A stretch of 64,000 nucleotides of DNA. Origin: Hydrurus foetidus (Eukaryota). Positions 9,878 through 21,524 of this stretch are shown here, piece after piece. Where the stretch lies: positions 2,852,001 to 2,916,000 of the forward strand of contig UYFQ01000001.1 in NCBI GenBank assembly GCA_900617105.1. The letters run 5' to 3'. Below the pieces are notes generated by a model. That model was not told the origin of the DNA. It ran no database searches and saw only the letters and a list, made by a program, of their open reading frames with translations. A program made the translations under genes and the position numbers. The stretch's first letter is position 1; each line of letters opens with the position of its first letter.

Positions 9878-10636
9878 ATGGAACTACTCATCGTCTCGCT
9901 GGCCTCTTTGCTGGCCGGCTTTGTCGATGCGATTGTGGGCGGCGGCGGTCTGGTGTTGATCCCCGCGCTTTTTGCGGCCTTCCCTGCTGCGCCGCCGGCT
10001 ACCTTGTTTGGCACCAACAAAGCGGCCTCTATTTGGGGCACGGCAGCGGCGGCAGTGCAATACGCCCAGCGGGTAGACATGCGCTGGAATACGCTGCTGC
10101 CAGCGGCCGCCGCAGGGTTTGCCGGGTCACTGGCGGGTGCGTGGCTGGTAACTGTGGTGTCGTCAAGCTACTTGCGCAAAGCGCTGCCGCTGGTGCTGCT
10201 GGCCGTGCTGGCTTACACGCTGGTTAAAAAGGACATGGGCCACACGCATGCCCCGCGCTTTAGCGGCCATGAAGAAACCGCCATTGCGTGCTGCATAGGC
10301 TTGGTGCTGGGTTTTTACGACGGCTTTTTTGGACCGGGCACTGGCAGCTTTTTTGTATTTTTATTCGTGCGCTGGCTGGGCTACGATTTTTTGAATGCGT
10401 CGGCGTCAGCCAAGCTGCTGAATACCGCGACCAACCTGTCAGCGATTGCACTGTTTGCCTACAAAGGGCATATCTGGTGGCACTTTGTAGCCGCAATGGC
10501 GATTGCCAACGTGCTGGGCAGCCTGCTGGGTACGCGGCTGGCGCTCAAGCATGGCTCGGGCTTTGTGCGAATTGTTTTTATTGTGGTGGTGAGTGCGCTG
10601 ATTTTGAATACCGGCTTTGACGCTTATTTGAAGTAG
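9878..10636 (+). CDS. TSUP (TauE/SafE) family transporter
   Basis: AGFVDAIVGGGGL, GTNK, GFYDGFFGPGTGSF. Confidence 0.93.
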   Translation: MELLIVSLASLLAGFVDAIVGGGGLVLIPALFAAFPAAPPATLFGTNKAASIWGTAAAAVQYAQRVDMRWNTLLPAAAAGFAGSLAGAWLVTVVSSSYLRKALPLVLLAVLAYTLVKKDMGHTHAPRFSGHEETAIACCIGLVLGFYDGFFGPGTGSFFVFLFVRWLGYDFLNASASAKLLNTATNLSAIALFAYKGHIWWHFVAAMAIANVLGSLLGTRLALKHGSGFVRIVFIVVVSALILNTGFDAYLK

Positions 10637-10692
10637 CGCAAACCCAACGTAGCAAACAACTCGCGCGACCACGGCCACCATCAAACCTGCCG

Positions 10693-12783
10693 TTAATTGA
10701 CCCGAGCGGCTACGGCAGCGACTGCTGCGGTTCTTAGCGGCGCTTTTGCAGCAGGCGCACTAGTTGCTGCCGGTGCGCGTGCGGGTGCGGGCGCGGCCAC
10801 TACCGCCGTAATCGCCCCGACCGCTGGTCCTGTGCCGACCAGTTGCGCCATGTCTGCGGCCATCAATGGCTTGCCGATAGGCGCAGCAGCCAAGCCTTTT
10901 TGCACAGCCAGCATGTCTTCAGCGTTCGGGTACTGGCCCATCAGCACGTAGTCAAAAACACGCCGCGCAATCGGTGCGGCGTGTGCTGCACCAAAGCCAG
11001 CGTTTTCAACCACCACCGCCAGCGCAATTTTGGGTTTGTCGCTAGGGGCAAACGCCATGTACAGCGCGTGGTCGCGCTGAAATTCTTCGAGCTTTTTACC
11101 GTCGTATTTGTCTTTTTGACCAATCGTCACCGCCTGCGCTGTGCCGGTTTTGCCGCCAGACAAATAAGCTGCGCCGGCAAACACGCGGGCAGAGGTGCCT
11201 TCTTGGGTCACGCCGACCAGCGCCCGCCTAACCAGATCAACGTTTTCAGGCTTAAAACCTAAATCCTGCGGCGCATCGGCCACCAGCGGCCGCATTTCGC
11301 GCGTAACTGAGTCTTGCGTGCCAATCACCAGGCGCGGCTTGTGCTTGATGCCATTGTTGGCCAGTGCAGCCGTGGCCTGCGCCAGTTGCAGCATGGTGAA
11401 GGTGTTGTAGCCTTGGCCAATGCCAAGAGAAATCGTCTCCCCGGGGTACCACTTTTGCTGTTCGGCTTTTTTATACGCCTTGCGCTTCCAGGCCTGGCTG
11501 GGCAACACGCCCGCCAGCTCGCCATTGATGTCAATGCCGGTAATTTGACCAAACCCCAGCGGCGCCATGAAGTCGTGCATGGCGTCTACACCCAGCTCGT
11601 TGGCCAGAGAGTAGTAGTACACGTTGCTCGACTTGACGATTGACCGGTACATGTCTACCGAGCCTAAACCGATGTCACCGTGGCTGCGAAAAGTGTGCCC
11701 GCCAAAGGTGTAATTGGCGTTGTCATTGATGACCACGTTAGCGCCGCGCTTGCCGGTTTGCAGCGCTGCCATGGCCATAAAAGGTTTGTAGGTTGAACCT
11801 GGTGGGTACGTACCCCGGAGGGCTCTGTTCAACAGCGGCTTGTCGATCGAGTCACGCAGCATTTCCCAGCTTTCCGTGTCAATGCCGTCTACAAACAGGT
11901 TGGGGTCAAACGTGGGCTTGCTGACAAAGGCCAGCACATCGCCAGTGGTGGGGTCAATCGCCACTAGAGCTCCGCGCCGGTCGCCAAACATGTCTTCGAC
12001 CAGCTTTTGCAGTTTGATGTCGAGCGACAACCTAACCGTGCTGCCCGGTGTTGCCGGGTTGGTGGCCAGCTTGCGCACCGCGCGGCCACCGGCAGACGTC
12101 TCCACCTGATCCACACCGGTGGTGCCGTGCAGTTGTTTTTCGAAACTTTGCTCTACGCCGAGCTTGCCAATGTAGTCGGTGCCGCGGTAGTTGCCCTGGT
12201 CGTCGCTGTCGTCAATGGCTTCTTTTTCTTGCGTGTTGATGCGGCCGATGTAGCCCACCACATGACTGCCCAACTCGCCAAGCGGGTAGCTGCGAAACAG
12301 GCGCGCTTTAATGTCCACGCCCGGAAAGCGAAAGCGCTGCGCAGCGAAGCGGGCGACTTCTTCATCAGACAAGCGCGTGCGGATTGGCAACGACTCAAAG
12401 GTTTTTGACTCTTCGCGCAGGCGTTTAAAGCGCCGCTTGTCGCGTGGTTGAATGTCAATAAACTTTTCAAGCGCCGCAATCGTGTCGTCAAGGTTGCTGA
12501 TTTTTGACGGCGTGATTTCCAGCGTGTAGGCCGAGTAATTGGTGGCCAGCACGACGCCGTTGCGGTCCAGTATCAAACCCCGATTGGGCACGATGGGCAG
12601 CACAGCCGTGCGGTTGCTTTCGGCCTGCTCGTCCAGGTCAGCATGGCGGTATACCTGCAAGTACACCAGCCTAGCGGCCAACACCACGAATGCAGAAAGC
12701 ACCACCAAAATAGCGACCAACACCCGCGCGCGAAAACGCGAAAGGTCGGCTTCAACATCTCGAAATTCCGTCAAATCAGACAC
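10693..12783 (-). CDS. mrdA: Penicillin-binding protein 2
   Basis: PPGSTYK (SxxK), SSN (SxN), KTGTAQ; follows mreBCD. Confidence 0.97.
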   Translation of the reverse strand: MSDLTEFRDVEADLSRFRARVLVAILVVLSAFVVLAARLVYLQVYRHADLDEQAESNRTAVLPIVPNRGLILDRNGVVLATNYSAYTLEITPSKISNLDDTIAALEKFIDIQPRDKRRFKRLREESKTFESLPIRTRLSDEEVARFAAQRFRFPGVDIKARLFRSYPLGELGSHVVGYIGRINTQEKEAIDDSDDQGNYRGTDYIGKLGVEQSFEKQLHGTTGVDQVETSAGGRAVRKLATNPATPGSTVRLSLDIKLQKLVEDMFGDRRGALVAIDPTTGDVLAFVSKPTFDPNLFVDGIDTESWEMLRDSIDKPLLNRALRGTYPPGSTYKPFMAMAALQTGKRGANVVINDNANYTFGGHTFRSHGDIGLGSVDMYRSIVKSSNVYYYSLANELGVDAMHDFMAPLGFGQITGIDINGELAGVLPSQAWKRKAYKKAEQQKWYPGETISLGIGQGYNTFTMLQLAQATAALANNGIKHKPRLVIGTQDSVTREMRPLVADAPQDLGFKPENVDLVRRALVGVTQEGTSARVFAGAAYLSGGKTGTAQAVTIGQKDKYDGKKLEEFQRDHALYMAFAPSDKPKIALAVVVENAGFGAAHAAPIARRVFDYVLMGQYPNAEDMLAVQKGLAAAPIGKPLMAADMAQLVGTGPAVGAITAVVAAPAPARAPAATSAPAAKAPLRTAAVAAVAARVN

Positions 12784-12830
12784 CTTTGTTGTCGGCTTTT
12801 AAAACACACATTACTCCCCGCATTACCAGC

Positions 12831-12920
12831 AGGGGCCGCGGAACTGGCTTTGCCAGGCCGCAGGCGCAGCGGCCCCCTCGGGGGGCAGCGGCCACACACA
12901 GTGGGCAAGCGTGGGGGCCA
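12831..12920. repeat. GC-rich structured intergenic element (REP-like) between mreD and mrdA
   Basis: AGGGGCCGC...CTGGC-TTT-GCCAG...GCGGCCCCCT nested hairpin, then CCCCCTCGGGGGG; single copy in this window. Confidence 0.5.
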
Positions 12921-12923
12921 TAT

Positions 12924-13442
12924 CTACAGAGGTCGATTTTCGTCTGGATTCGGTGCGCGGCGCTGCGGTGCCAGTAACAAAATGCTGATCAGCGGCCACA
13001 ACAGCGACTCCGCTAGCGGCGCTATCAGCAACACCCAGCCCGGAAAAATGCCGCCGCTGACCATGCGAATAACCAATTCCACGCCATGCGCGGCTGCAAA
13101 CAGCGGCAGCACCTGCAGCGCCTGCGACGGCACCGGAAACCACAGCAAGCGCCGGTGAATCATGATGGCGAAAAAACTAAGCGCGGTGTAGCTCAGTGCG
13201 TGCTGGCCAAGCAATGACGACTGGTGCACGTCCATGCCCAGCCCAAACATGAACGCCAGGCCAATGCCGACCCGCAGCGGCTGATGCACGTTCCAGAACA
13301 CCAGCACCAGCGCCAAAAAATCTGGCATCCACGGCAAACGGCCGAGCGGCAGCATGTTTAAAAGCAATGCCGCCAACAAACTGGCCCAAATAAACAGCGG
13401 GTTGGCGGGCAGCAGCAGCTGCTGGCCTGAACGCATGATCAT
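12924..13442 (-). CDS. mreD: Rod shape-determining protein MreD
   Basis: Hydrophobic protein with PDFLALVLVFW and LLGQHAL; operon position. Confidence 0.95.
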   Translation of the reverse strand: MIMRSGQQLLLPANPLFIWASLLAALLLNMLPLGRLPWMPDFLALVLVFWNVHQPLRVGIGLAFMFGLGMDVHQSSLLGQHALSYTALSFFAIMIHRRLLWFPVPSQALQVLPLFAAAHGVELVIRMVSGGIFPGWVLLIAPLAESLLWPLISILLLAPQRRAPNPDENRPL

Positions 13443-13500
13443 TTTGTTGCCCCCGGTTGGGTACTGCAGACATGGGCGACAACCATTGTGCAGGTGCGCG

Positions 13501-14427
13501 TCATTTGCCAGCGCCTTTTTTGGACGTGACGGGGGCTGGCGCTTCGGTGGGGCGCGGCGGCAATTGGCTCGACGCAGGTTTAACCACCATCACATGCCTG
13601 GCGCCTGCTACCAGCGCCTGCGGGGTGCAGTAAATTTTTGCAAACGCAGACTCGGCGCGGCGCTCGATTTTGCTGATCTTGGCCACTGGCAAACCGGGCG
13701 GGTAAACACCATCAACTCCGCTGGTGGTGAGCAAATCGCCGGGTTGCACATCAGAGTTGCTGCCCATAAACCGCAGCTCAAGCCCGCTGCCAGACGCAGC
13801 CGTGGCAGGGTCGCCAAAGGCCACGCTGCGCGCGCCGGTGCGCACGTTTAGCACGGGTATGGCAAGTTCGCGGTCAATAACCAGCGTGACTTCGCTGACC
13901 AGCGGGTGCACACGCGTGACTTGGCCCAACACGCCGGATTCATCGAGCACAGGCGAGCCTAAATCGACGCCTTGCAACATGCCTTTATCGATGATGACTT
14001 TGCGGGTGTAGGGGTCGGCGGCGTCGTACAGCACCTCGGCCGACATGACGGACGCGCTGAGCTGATCGCGCAGGCCCAGCAACTTGCGCAGGCGGGCATT
14101 TTCTTGCGACAGCGACTCCACTTGTCCAGCCCGCATAGACTGCAGCGCGAGTTTTTTGCTGGCTGACTCGCTACTGGAATTGGCCTGGTCAAGCCCCGAC
14201 CAATAACCACTGGCAGCCTGCACTGCGCGCACAGGTTGCATGGCCAGCCACTGCACCGGATACAGCGCAGTCGCCAGCGCAGCACGCACAGGCTGCGTGA
14301 TGCGAAAGCGGGTGTCAGCCACCATCAAGAAAAGCGCCAGTGCGCTGAAAAACACCAGCTTGGTCAGTGCCGAATGCCCTTGCTTGAAAAACGGTGGCGG
14401 GGAGCGGTCAAGGGTTCCAAGAGGCAT
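13501..14427 (-). CDS. mreC: Rod shape-determining protein MreC
   Basis: ENARLRKLL coiled coil; GDLLTTSGVDGVYPPG. Confidence 0.96.
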   Translation of the reverse strand: MPLGTLDRSPPPFFKQGHSALTKLVFFSALALFLMVADTRFRITQPVRAALATALYPVQWLAMQPVRAVQAASGYWSGLDQANSSSESASKKLALQSMRAGQVESLSQENARLRKLLGLRDQLSASVMSAEVLYDAADPYTRKVIIDKGMLQGVDLGSPVLDESGVLGQVTRVHPLVSEVTLVIDRELAIPVLNVRTGARSVAFGDPATAASGSGLELRFMGSNSDVQPGDLLTTSGVDGVYPPGLPVAKISKIERRAESAFAKIYCTPQALVAGARHVMVVKPASSQLPPRPTEAPAPVTSKKGAGK

Positions 14428-14503
14428 GGCGGTGTGCCCTTTTTGCTGCGCTTAAACGCTGAGGTGCATAAAGATGGCGCGTGCTCGGTTCTGCGCTATT
14501 TAA

Positions 14504-15604
<1,101 letters not shown>

Positions 15605-15837
15605 TTATTTTGGCAAGGTGCGAAGTCTCGCGAACTGGCAAAACGAAGTGGACTTGAACCCATTTCAAGCGCTCAAAAAGCACTTAAAGGGTGCAATCCG
15701 TCGCGATTTCACACCAAAGGTTGGATAATAACGCATCCCCCTTGGGTTTTACCCTTGATTTAGGTCAATTTCATTTGGCGAGCGGTCTGAAGTTTGAGCG
15801 CCCAATTCGACAGTCTTACTTACTTTTACCTAACGTC

Positions 15838-16167
15838 ATGACGCAACCTTCCCTGGTGCCATCCAGCACCCTACTAACCGCCACCGACATCGCGCGCGTT
15901 GCCAATCTGGCCCGGCTTGAGTTAAGGCCAGACGAGACCGAGCGCGTGTTAAGTCAGCTGAACGGATTTTTCAGCCTGGTTGCGCAGATGGACGCAGTTA
16001 ACACCGACGGCGTGGAGCCGCTGGCGCACCCCGCCGCCATTTTGGGTGACGTGGCGCTGCGCTTGCGCCCCGATATTGCCAATGAACCCAACCAGCGCGA
16101 AGCATCCCAGCGGTCAGCGCCCGCTGTTGAAGGCGGTTTGTTTTTGGTACCGAAGGTGATCGAATGA
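15838..16167 (+). CDS. gatC: Asp/Glu-tRNA amidotransferase subunit C
   Basis: [10 protein letters not shown]...[14 protein letters not shown] overlap with gatA. Confidence 0.95.
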   Translation: MTQPSLVPSSTLLTATDIARVANLARLELRPDETERVLSQLNGFFSLVAQMDAVNTDGVEPLAHPAAILGDVALRLRPDIANEPNQREASQRSAPAVEGGLFLVPKVIE

Positions 16168-17669
16168 GTGCTTTAAACCCAAGCCACGACCTGCACGACC
16201 TGAGCGTGTTTGACCTTGCCGCAAAGCTGGCCGCGCGCGAAGTATCCAGCGTTGAAGTGACCCAGCATTTTTTGGGCCGCGTTAAAGCCGAAAAGCTCGG
16301 TGCGTTTTTGGCCACTGATGCTGATGTGTCGTTGGCGCAAGCCAAAGCCGCCGATGCACGGCTGGCGGCGGGCGAGCGCACACCACTGTTGGGCGTGCCG
16401 TTGGCGCACAAAGATGCTTTTGTCACCCGCGATTTTGTAACCACTGCTGGCTCAAAAATGCTGGCCAACTACCGCAGCCCGTTTGATGCAACGGTGGTGA
16501 GCAACTTGAAGCAGGCCGGAATGGTTACGCTCGGCAAACTCAACTGTGACGAATTCGCGATGGGTTCGGGCAACGAGAACAGCGCTTACTTTCCCGCAAA
16601 AAACCCATGGGACACCAGCCGCATTCCGGGTGGCTCATCAGGCGGTTCCGCGGCAGCAGTAGCTTCGCGTTTGATTCCAGCGGCAACCGGCACAGACACC
16701 GGCGGCTCCATTCGCCAACCTGCATCGCTCACCAGCATCACGGGCATCAAGCCGACGTATGGGCGCTGCTCGCGCTACGGCATGGTGGCCTTTGCCAGCA
16801 GCCTGGACCAGGCCGGGCCCATGGCCCGCAGCGCACTTGATTGCGCGCTGCTGTTAAGCGCCATGGCCGGGCCCGACCTTGACCGCGACTCGACGTCGCT
16901 GGATATGCCTGCAGTTGACTACGCTACTGATTTAATAGCTGGTTGCGCCCGTAAAGATTTGGCTACAAGCCTGAAAGGTTTAAAAATAGGCCTTCCAAAG
17001 CAGTTTTTTGGCGCGGGTTGCGCACCCGACGTTCTGGCGGCAGTTCGTGCTGCGCTGGCTGAATATGAAAAGCTCGGGGCAACATTGGTTGAGGTTGATT
17101 TGCCGCTTACCGAGCTGTCAATTCCTGTGTATTACGTGATTGCACCCGCAGAGGCCAGCAGCAACCTGAGCCGCTTTGACGGCGTGAGATATGGACATAG
17201 AGCGGCCACATACAGCGATCTGAACGACATGTACAAAAAGTCGCGCTCAGAAGGCTTTGGTGATGAAGCCACGCGCCGCATCATGATCGGCACCTACGTG
17301 CTGTCGCATGGTTACTACGACGCTTACTACCTGAAAGCGCAAAGAATCCGCCGCCTGATTGCCGAGGACTTTCAAAAAGCCTTTACGCAATGCGACATCA
17401 TTGCCGGGCCGGTTTCACCCACCGTGGCCTGGAAAATTGGCGAAAACAAAGCCGACCCAGTCGCCAACTACCTGGCCGACATCTACACCCTGTCATCGAG
17501 CCTTGCTGGCCTGCCCGGCATGAGTGTTCCCGCAGGCTTCGGCGCACACGGCATGCCCGTGGGTTTGCAGTTGATTGGCAACTATTTCAAAGAGGCGCAA
17601 TTGCTCGGCGCAGCGCATCAATTTCAATTGGCGACGGATTGGCATCAGCGTCAGCCGCTTACTTCTTGA
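16164..17669 (+). CDS. gatA: Asp/Glu-tRNA amidotransferase subunit A
   Basis: Amidase signature [41 protein letters not shown]. Confidence 0.98.
   Translation: MSALNPSHDLHDLSVFDLAAKLAAREVSSVEVTQHFLGRVKAEKLGAFLATDADVSLAQAKAADARLAAGERTPLLGVPLAHKDAFVTRDFVTTAGSKMLANYRSPFDATVVSNLKQAGMVTLGKLNCDEFAMGSGNENSAYFPAKNPWDTSRIPGGSSGGSAAAVASRLIPAATGTDTGGSIRQPASLTSITGIKPTYGRCSRYGMVAFASSLDQAGPMARSALDCALLLSAMAGPDLDRDSTSLDMPAVDYATDLIAGCARKDLATSLKGLKIGLPKQFFGAGCAPDVLAAVRAALAEYEKLGATLVEVDLPLTELSIPVYYVIAPAEASSNLSRFDGVRYGHRAATYSDLNDMYKKSRSEGFGDEATRRIMIGTYVLSHGYYDAYYLKAQRIRRLIAEDFQKAFTQCDIIAGPVSPTVAWKIGENKADPVANYLADIYTLSSSLAGLPGMSVPAGFGAHGMPVGLQLIGNYFKEAQLLGAAHQFQLATDWHQRQPLTS
16922..16985 (+). repeat. Repeat A, copy 5, in frame inside gatA
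   Basis: CGCTACTGATTTAATAGCTGGTTGCGCCCGTAAAGATTTGGCTACAAGCC, encoding [21 protein letters not shown]. Confidence 0.8.
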
Positions 17670-17679
17670 TCAAGGTTCT

Positions 17680-18885
17680 ATGTCCTACACCGACACCCAG
17701 CTGTTAACTTTTATTTCTGAAGTTGAATCGCATTGGATTGAGCGAAAAGAGTCTTTTGCAGATAAGGACAAAATTTGCAAGACGATTTGTGCCTTCGCCA
17801 ATGATTTAGCAAATGGCGAAAAACCAGGCATTATTTGGATTGGCCTTAGGAATGATGGCGCTATCGTTGGTATTGAAGCTACCGATAAGCTGTTATTAAA
17901 AATCGATCAAATTCGAAGCGACGGAAAGATCCAACCGTTACCAAGCATGTCAACTCGCGTGCTTCAGGTCGATGGCAAAGATGTCATTGCTATTGTTGTT
18001 GCACCCTCCAGCTTGCCGCCAGTAAGTTACGACGGGCGTATCTGGATACGGCAAACTGCGTCTACCCAGCAGGGAAACCATGAAGATGAGCGGCAGCTAA
18101 ATGAGAAAAGAAAATTCAAAGCGGGTCGGTCGTTTGACAGCGAAGGCATCCCGCACGCATCTATTGAGGATTTAGATGCGCGATATTTTGAGCAAGTCTA
18201 TTTGCCGGCCGCTATATCCCGCGACATTCTTGAAGCAAACGGCAGAACGTTGGAAGAAAGACTCACAACCACTCGCATGACCATTGGAAGTAAGCCATCT
18301 GTTCCTACCGTCGCGGGACTTTTAACGCTAGGTTACTCTCCCCAGGATTGGTTTGCAGGTGCCTACATTCAATACGTGCGTTATGCCGGAACAATGCAGG
18401 GCGGCATCATTGACGATCGACTGGAAATTACCGGCAACCTCGAGACGGTGATTCGCCAAGCAGAAGAAAAGATTAAGTTGAACATCAGGCAACCTACAGA
18501 TATCAACGGTCAAGACCGTGAGGTTAGCCACCCGGACTATCCGTTAGCAGCCCTGCAACAACTATTAAGAAATGCTGTGTTGCACCGAAATTACGAGGGT
18601 ACAAATGCACCCATTCATCTTTATTGGTTTGACGATCGTATTGAAATTGCTAACCCCGGCGGGCCTTTTGGGACGGTAACTGAGGAGAACTTTGGGCAGC
18701 CTCATGTTGTTGATTACAGAAACCCCGCGATTGCAGAAGTTCTTCACAATCTCGATTTCGTACAAAAATTCGGCTTTGGGATTCAAAACGCAAGAAGCCT
18801 ACTTCAAGCAAATGGGAACTCTGAACCCGAGTTTGCAGTATCCCCTAGCAATGTCATTGTTACGGTGAGGAAAGCTAAGAAATGA
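17680..18885 (+). CDS. AlbA_2 (Schlafen-like) domain plus HATPase_c_4/RecG-C-like domain protein
   Basis: ESHWIERKES, ICAFAN, GIIWIGLRNDG (AlbA_2); YPLAALQQLLRNAVLHRNY, RIEIANPGG, YRNPAIAEVL, VQKFGFGI. Confidence 0.85.
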   Translation: MSYTDTQLLTFISEVESHWIERKESFADKDKICKTICAFANDLANGEKPGIIWIGLRNDGAIVGIEATDKLLLKIDQIRSDGKIQPLPSMSTRVLQVDGKDVIAIVVAPSSLPPVSYDGRIWIRQTASTQQGNHEDERQLNEKRKFKAGRSFDSEGIPHASIEDLDARYFEQVYLPAAISRDILEANGRTLEERLTTTRMTIGSKPSVPTVAGLLTLGYSPQDWFAGAYIQYVRYAGTMQGGIIDDRLEITGNLETVIRQAEEKIKLNIRQPTDINGQDREVSHPDYPLAALQQLLRNAVLHRNYEGTNAPIHLYWFDDRIEIANPGGPFGTVTEENFGQPHVVDYRNPAIAEVLHNLDFVQKFGFGIQNARSLLQANGNSEPEFAVSPSNVIVTVRKAKK

Positions 18886-19901
18886 GTATTCCGACTCTTA
18901 CCTTTTTCAACAATAAGGGGGGTGTCGGCAAGACTACGCTTGTTTATCACTTGTCTTGGATGTTTTCAGAGCTAGGTGTTAAAACTCTAGTCGTGGACTG
19001 TGATCCACAAGCAAATCTGACAGCAGCATTCATAAAAGATGAAGATTTGTTGGAGAACCTTTGGGAAAAGCCGGTTGATGAAGTGCCTTACACCATTTAC
19101 GGCGCGGTGTCGCCACTGCTTGAAACTGGTGATGTTGCAGAGCCAAAAATATACCCCGTCAATACAAATTTGAGATTGTTGGCAGGCGATTTGCGACTAT
19201 CAACATTTGAAGACCAGTTGTCGTTTGAATGGAATCAAGCATTAAGCGATGGGGGTGGAAACCGGCGCGCCATGTTAGTACAAAGCGCTTTTTGGCGAAT
19301 TGCCCAAAAGAGCGCTGCAAAAGTCGATGCACAACTAATTATTTTCGATGTCGGCCCCAATCTCGGAGCAATAAATCGTTCTGTTCTTATTGGCACTGAT
19401 CATGTGGTCGTGCCGCTTGCTGCGGATATGTTTTCCCTTCAGGGCTTGCGAAATTTAGGCCCCTCCCTTTCTAAATGGAAGAAAGGTTGGCATGAACGGC
19501 TCCAAAAGCTAGAAGGGAAACCGTTGACTCAACCGATTCCTGATGGAGACACCAGCCCACTGGGATATATCGCTATGCAGCATCAGGAGCGCCTGTCGCG
19601 GCCCGTAAAAGCCTACGGCGCATGGCTTGAACGGATGCCTGCTGAATACAGATCGAGCCTATCGCTAGCCAAGTCAACGAAAGTTTTCGCAAGTGTGAAA
19701 GATGATCCTGAATGTCTAGCCTTGCTAAGGCACTACAAAAGCTTAATCCCTATGGCGCAGGAAGCACGAAAACCAGTGTTCCTTTTGAAGTCAGCCGATG
19801 GCGCGATTGGCAGCCATGCTGCATCAGTAACCCAAGCTTATGACGACTTCAGAGCCTTAGCGAAAAAAATCCTCAAGAAAATTGATATCCCGTTTGGGTA
19901 A
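18882..19901 (+). CDS. ParA/Soj-family (AAA_31) ATPase, defence-island type
   Basis: [40 protein letters not shown]-coupled to the upstream gene. Confidence 0.88.
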   Translation: MSIPTLTFFNNKGGVGKTTLVYHLSWMFSELGVKTLVVDCDPQANLTAAFIKDEDLLENLWEKPVDEVPYTIYGAVSPLLETGDVAEPKIYPVNTNLRLLAGDLRLSTFEDQLSFEWNQALSDGGGNRRAMLVQSAFWRIAQKSAAKVDAQLIIFDVGPNLGAINRSVLIGTDHVVVPLAADMFSLQGLRNLGPSLSKWKKGWHERLQKLEGKPLTQPIPDGDTSPLGYIAMQHQERLSRPVKAYGAWLERMPAEYRSSLSLAKSTKVFASVKDDPECLALLRHYKSLIPMAQEARKPVFLLKSADGAIGSHAASVTQAYDDFRALAKKILKKIDIPFG

Positions 19902-19911
19902 TTTAAATCGT

Positions 19912-21420
19912 ATGACTGCAAAATTAATCCAAGGCTACGAAGTCGTCATCGGCTTTGAAACCCATACCCAGCTGACCACCGAGTCCAAGCTGTTCAGCCG
20001 TGCATCCACGTCGTTCGGCGCAGAGCCGAACACCAATGCTTCTGCGGTGGACTTTGCGTTGCCGGGCGCGCTGCCGGTGATGAACAAGGGCGCTGTGCAG
20101 CGGGCGATTGAGTTTGGTTTGGCGGTGAATGCGCACATTGCCGAGAGTAGCGTTTTTGCGCGTAAAAACTACTTTTACCCCGACCTGCCCAAGGGCTATC
20201 AGATCAGCCAGTTTGAGATTCCGGTGGTGCAAGGCGGGGCGGTTGAATTCTTCTTGGGCGACGAAAAGAAAACTGTGCGGCTGGTGCGCGCGCACCTGGA
20301 GGAAGATGCGGGCAAGTCGCTGCATGAAGACTTTGTAGGCATGAGCGGCATTGATTTGAATCGCGCAGGCACGCCGCTGCTGGAGATCGTGACCGAGCCT
20401 GATATGCGTTCATCGGCAGAGGCCGTGGCCTACGCCAAAGAGCTGCACAAAATCGTGACGTGGATTGGCATTTGCGACGGCAACATGCAAGAAGGCAGCT
20501 TCAGGTGTGATGCCAATGTATCGGTTCGCAAACCCGGCGCAGCGCTGGGCACACGGCGTGAGATTAAAAACCTGAACAGCTTCAAGTTCATGCAGCAGGC
20601 GATGGACTATGAAATTCGCTGGCAGATTGAGCAGATTGAAGACGGACACGCGATACAGCAGGCAACTGTGTTGTTTGACCCTGATACAGGTGAGACGAGG
20701 TCTATGCGCAGCAAGGAAGATGCGGCAGATTACCGGTATTTTCCTGACCCGGACTTGCCCCCGTTGGTGATTGGGCGAGACTGGGTTGAGAAGACTCGGG
20801 CCGCGATGAGCGAGTTGCCTCGGGCGATGGCGGCGCGGTTTGTAGCGAAGTACGGATTGCCTGAATATGATGCTGGGCAATTGACGCAAAGCAAGGCGAT
20901 GGCAGCTTATTTCGAAGCTGTAGCCACGACGAGCGGACAGCCAAAGTTAACTAGCAATTGGCTGATGGGTGAGCTGTCTGCCCTATTGAATCAACACGGC
21001 ACGACGATTGAGCAAGCCAATTTCCACCCGTCGTTTATGGTGGGTCTTATTGCAAGAATCACTGATGGTTCCATTAGCAACAATGCTGCTAAGTCAGTGT
21101 TTCAGTTCCTCTTCCGATTAGAGGCAGTTGTGCCGTTTCATGAAAATGACCCGAATTGGCATAAAGATCACCCAAACTTCGCAATTGATTTGATTGATGA
21201 CTTCGTCGAAAAAGAAGGCCTCAAACAAATCAACGACTCCGGCGAACTCGAAAAAATTATCGACGAAGTACTTGCCTCCAACGCCAAAAACGTAGAAGAA
21301 GTACGCGCAGGCAACGCCAAAGCCATGAACGCCCTCGTCGGCCAGGCCATGAAGGCAACCAAGGGCAAAGCGAACCCGGCGCAGGTCAACGCGCTGCTGG
21401 CTAAAAGACTGGGGCAGTAG
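19912..21420 (+). CDS. gatB: Asp/Glu-tRNA amidotransferase subunit B
   Basis: [46 protein letters not shown]. Confidence 0.98.
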   Translation: MTAKLIQGYEVVIGFETHTQLTTESKLFSRASTSFGAEPNTNASAVDFALPGALPVMNKGAVQRAIEFGLAVNAHIAESSVFARKNYFYPDLPKGYQISQFEIPVVQGGAVEFFLGDEKKTVRLVRAHLEEDAGKSLHEDFVGMSGIDLNRAGTPLLEIVTEPDMRSSAEAVAYAKELHKIVTWIGICDGNMQEGSFRCDANVSVRKPGAALGTRREIKNLNSFKFMQQAMDYEIRWQIEQIEDGHAIQQATVLFDPDTGETRSMRSKEDAADYRYFPDPDLPPLVIGRDWVEKTRAAMSELPRAMAARFVAKYGLPEYDAGQLTQSKAMAAYFEAVATTSGQPKLTSNWLMGELSALLNQHGTTIEQANFHPSFMVGLIARITDGSISNNAAKSVFQFLFRLEAVVPFHENDPNWHKDHPNFAIDLIDDFVEKEGLKQINDSGELEKIIDEVLASNAKNVEEVRAGNAKAMNALVGQAMKATKGKANPAQVNALLAKRLGQ

Positions 21421-21460
21421 ATTTCAGCGCTACGCTGTCGGGCTACCACAGCCAACCATT

Positions 21461-21524
21461 TGCTATTATTTAATGAGCTGCTCGCGCCCGTATTGATTGA
21501 GCCACAGCCCTGTTTAATACTTAA
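21461..21524 (+). repeat. Repeat A, copy 6 (tail overlaps the stop of the DUF4124-like gene)
   Basis: TGCTATTATTTAATGAGCTGCTCGCGCCCGTATTGATTGAGCCACAGCC. Confidence 0.85.

Noticed and set aside
15743..15755. GGGTTTTACCC short dyad (similar ones near 9560 and 9600)
   Set aside because: Too short and variable to support a site from this window alone.
18882..19901. ParA as evidence of a plasmid or partition locus
   Set aside because: No parB, rep or parS, and it sits inside a chromosomal gat operon.
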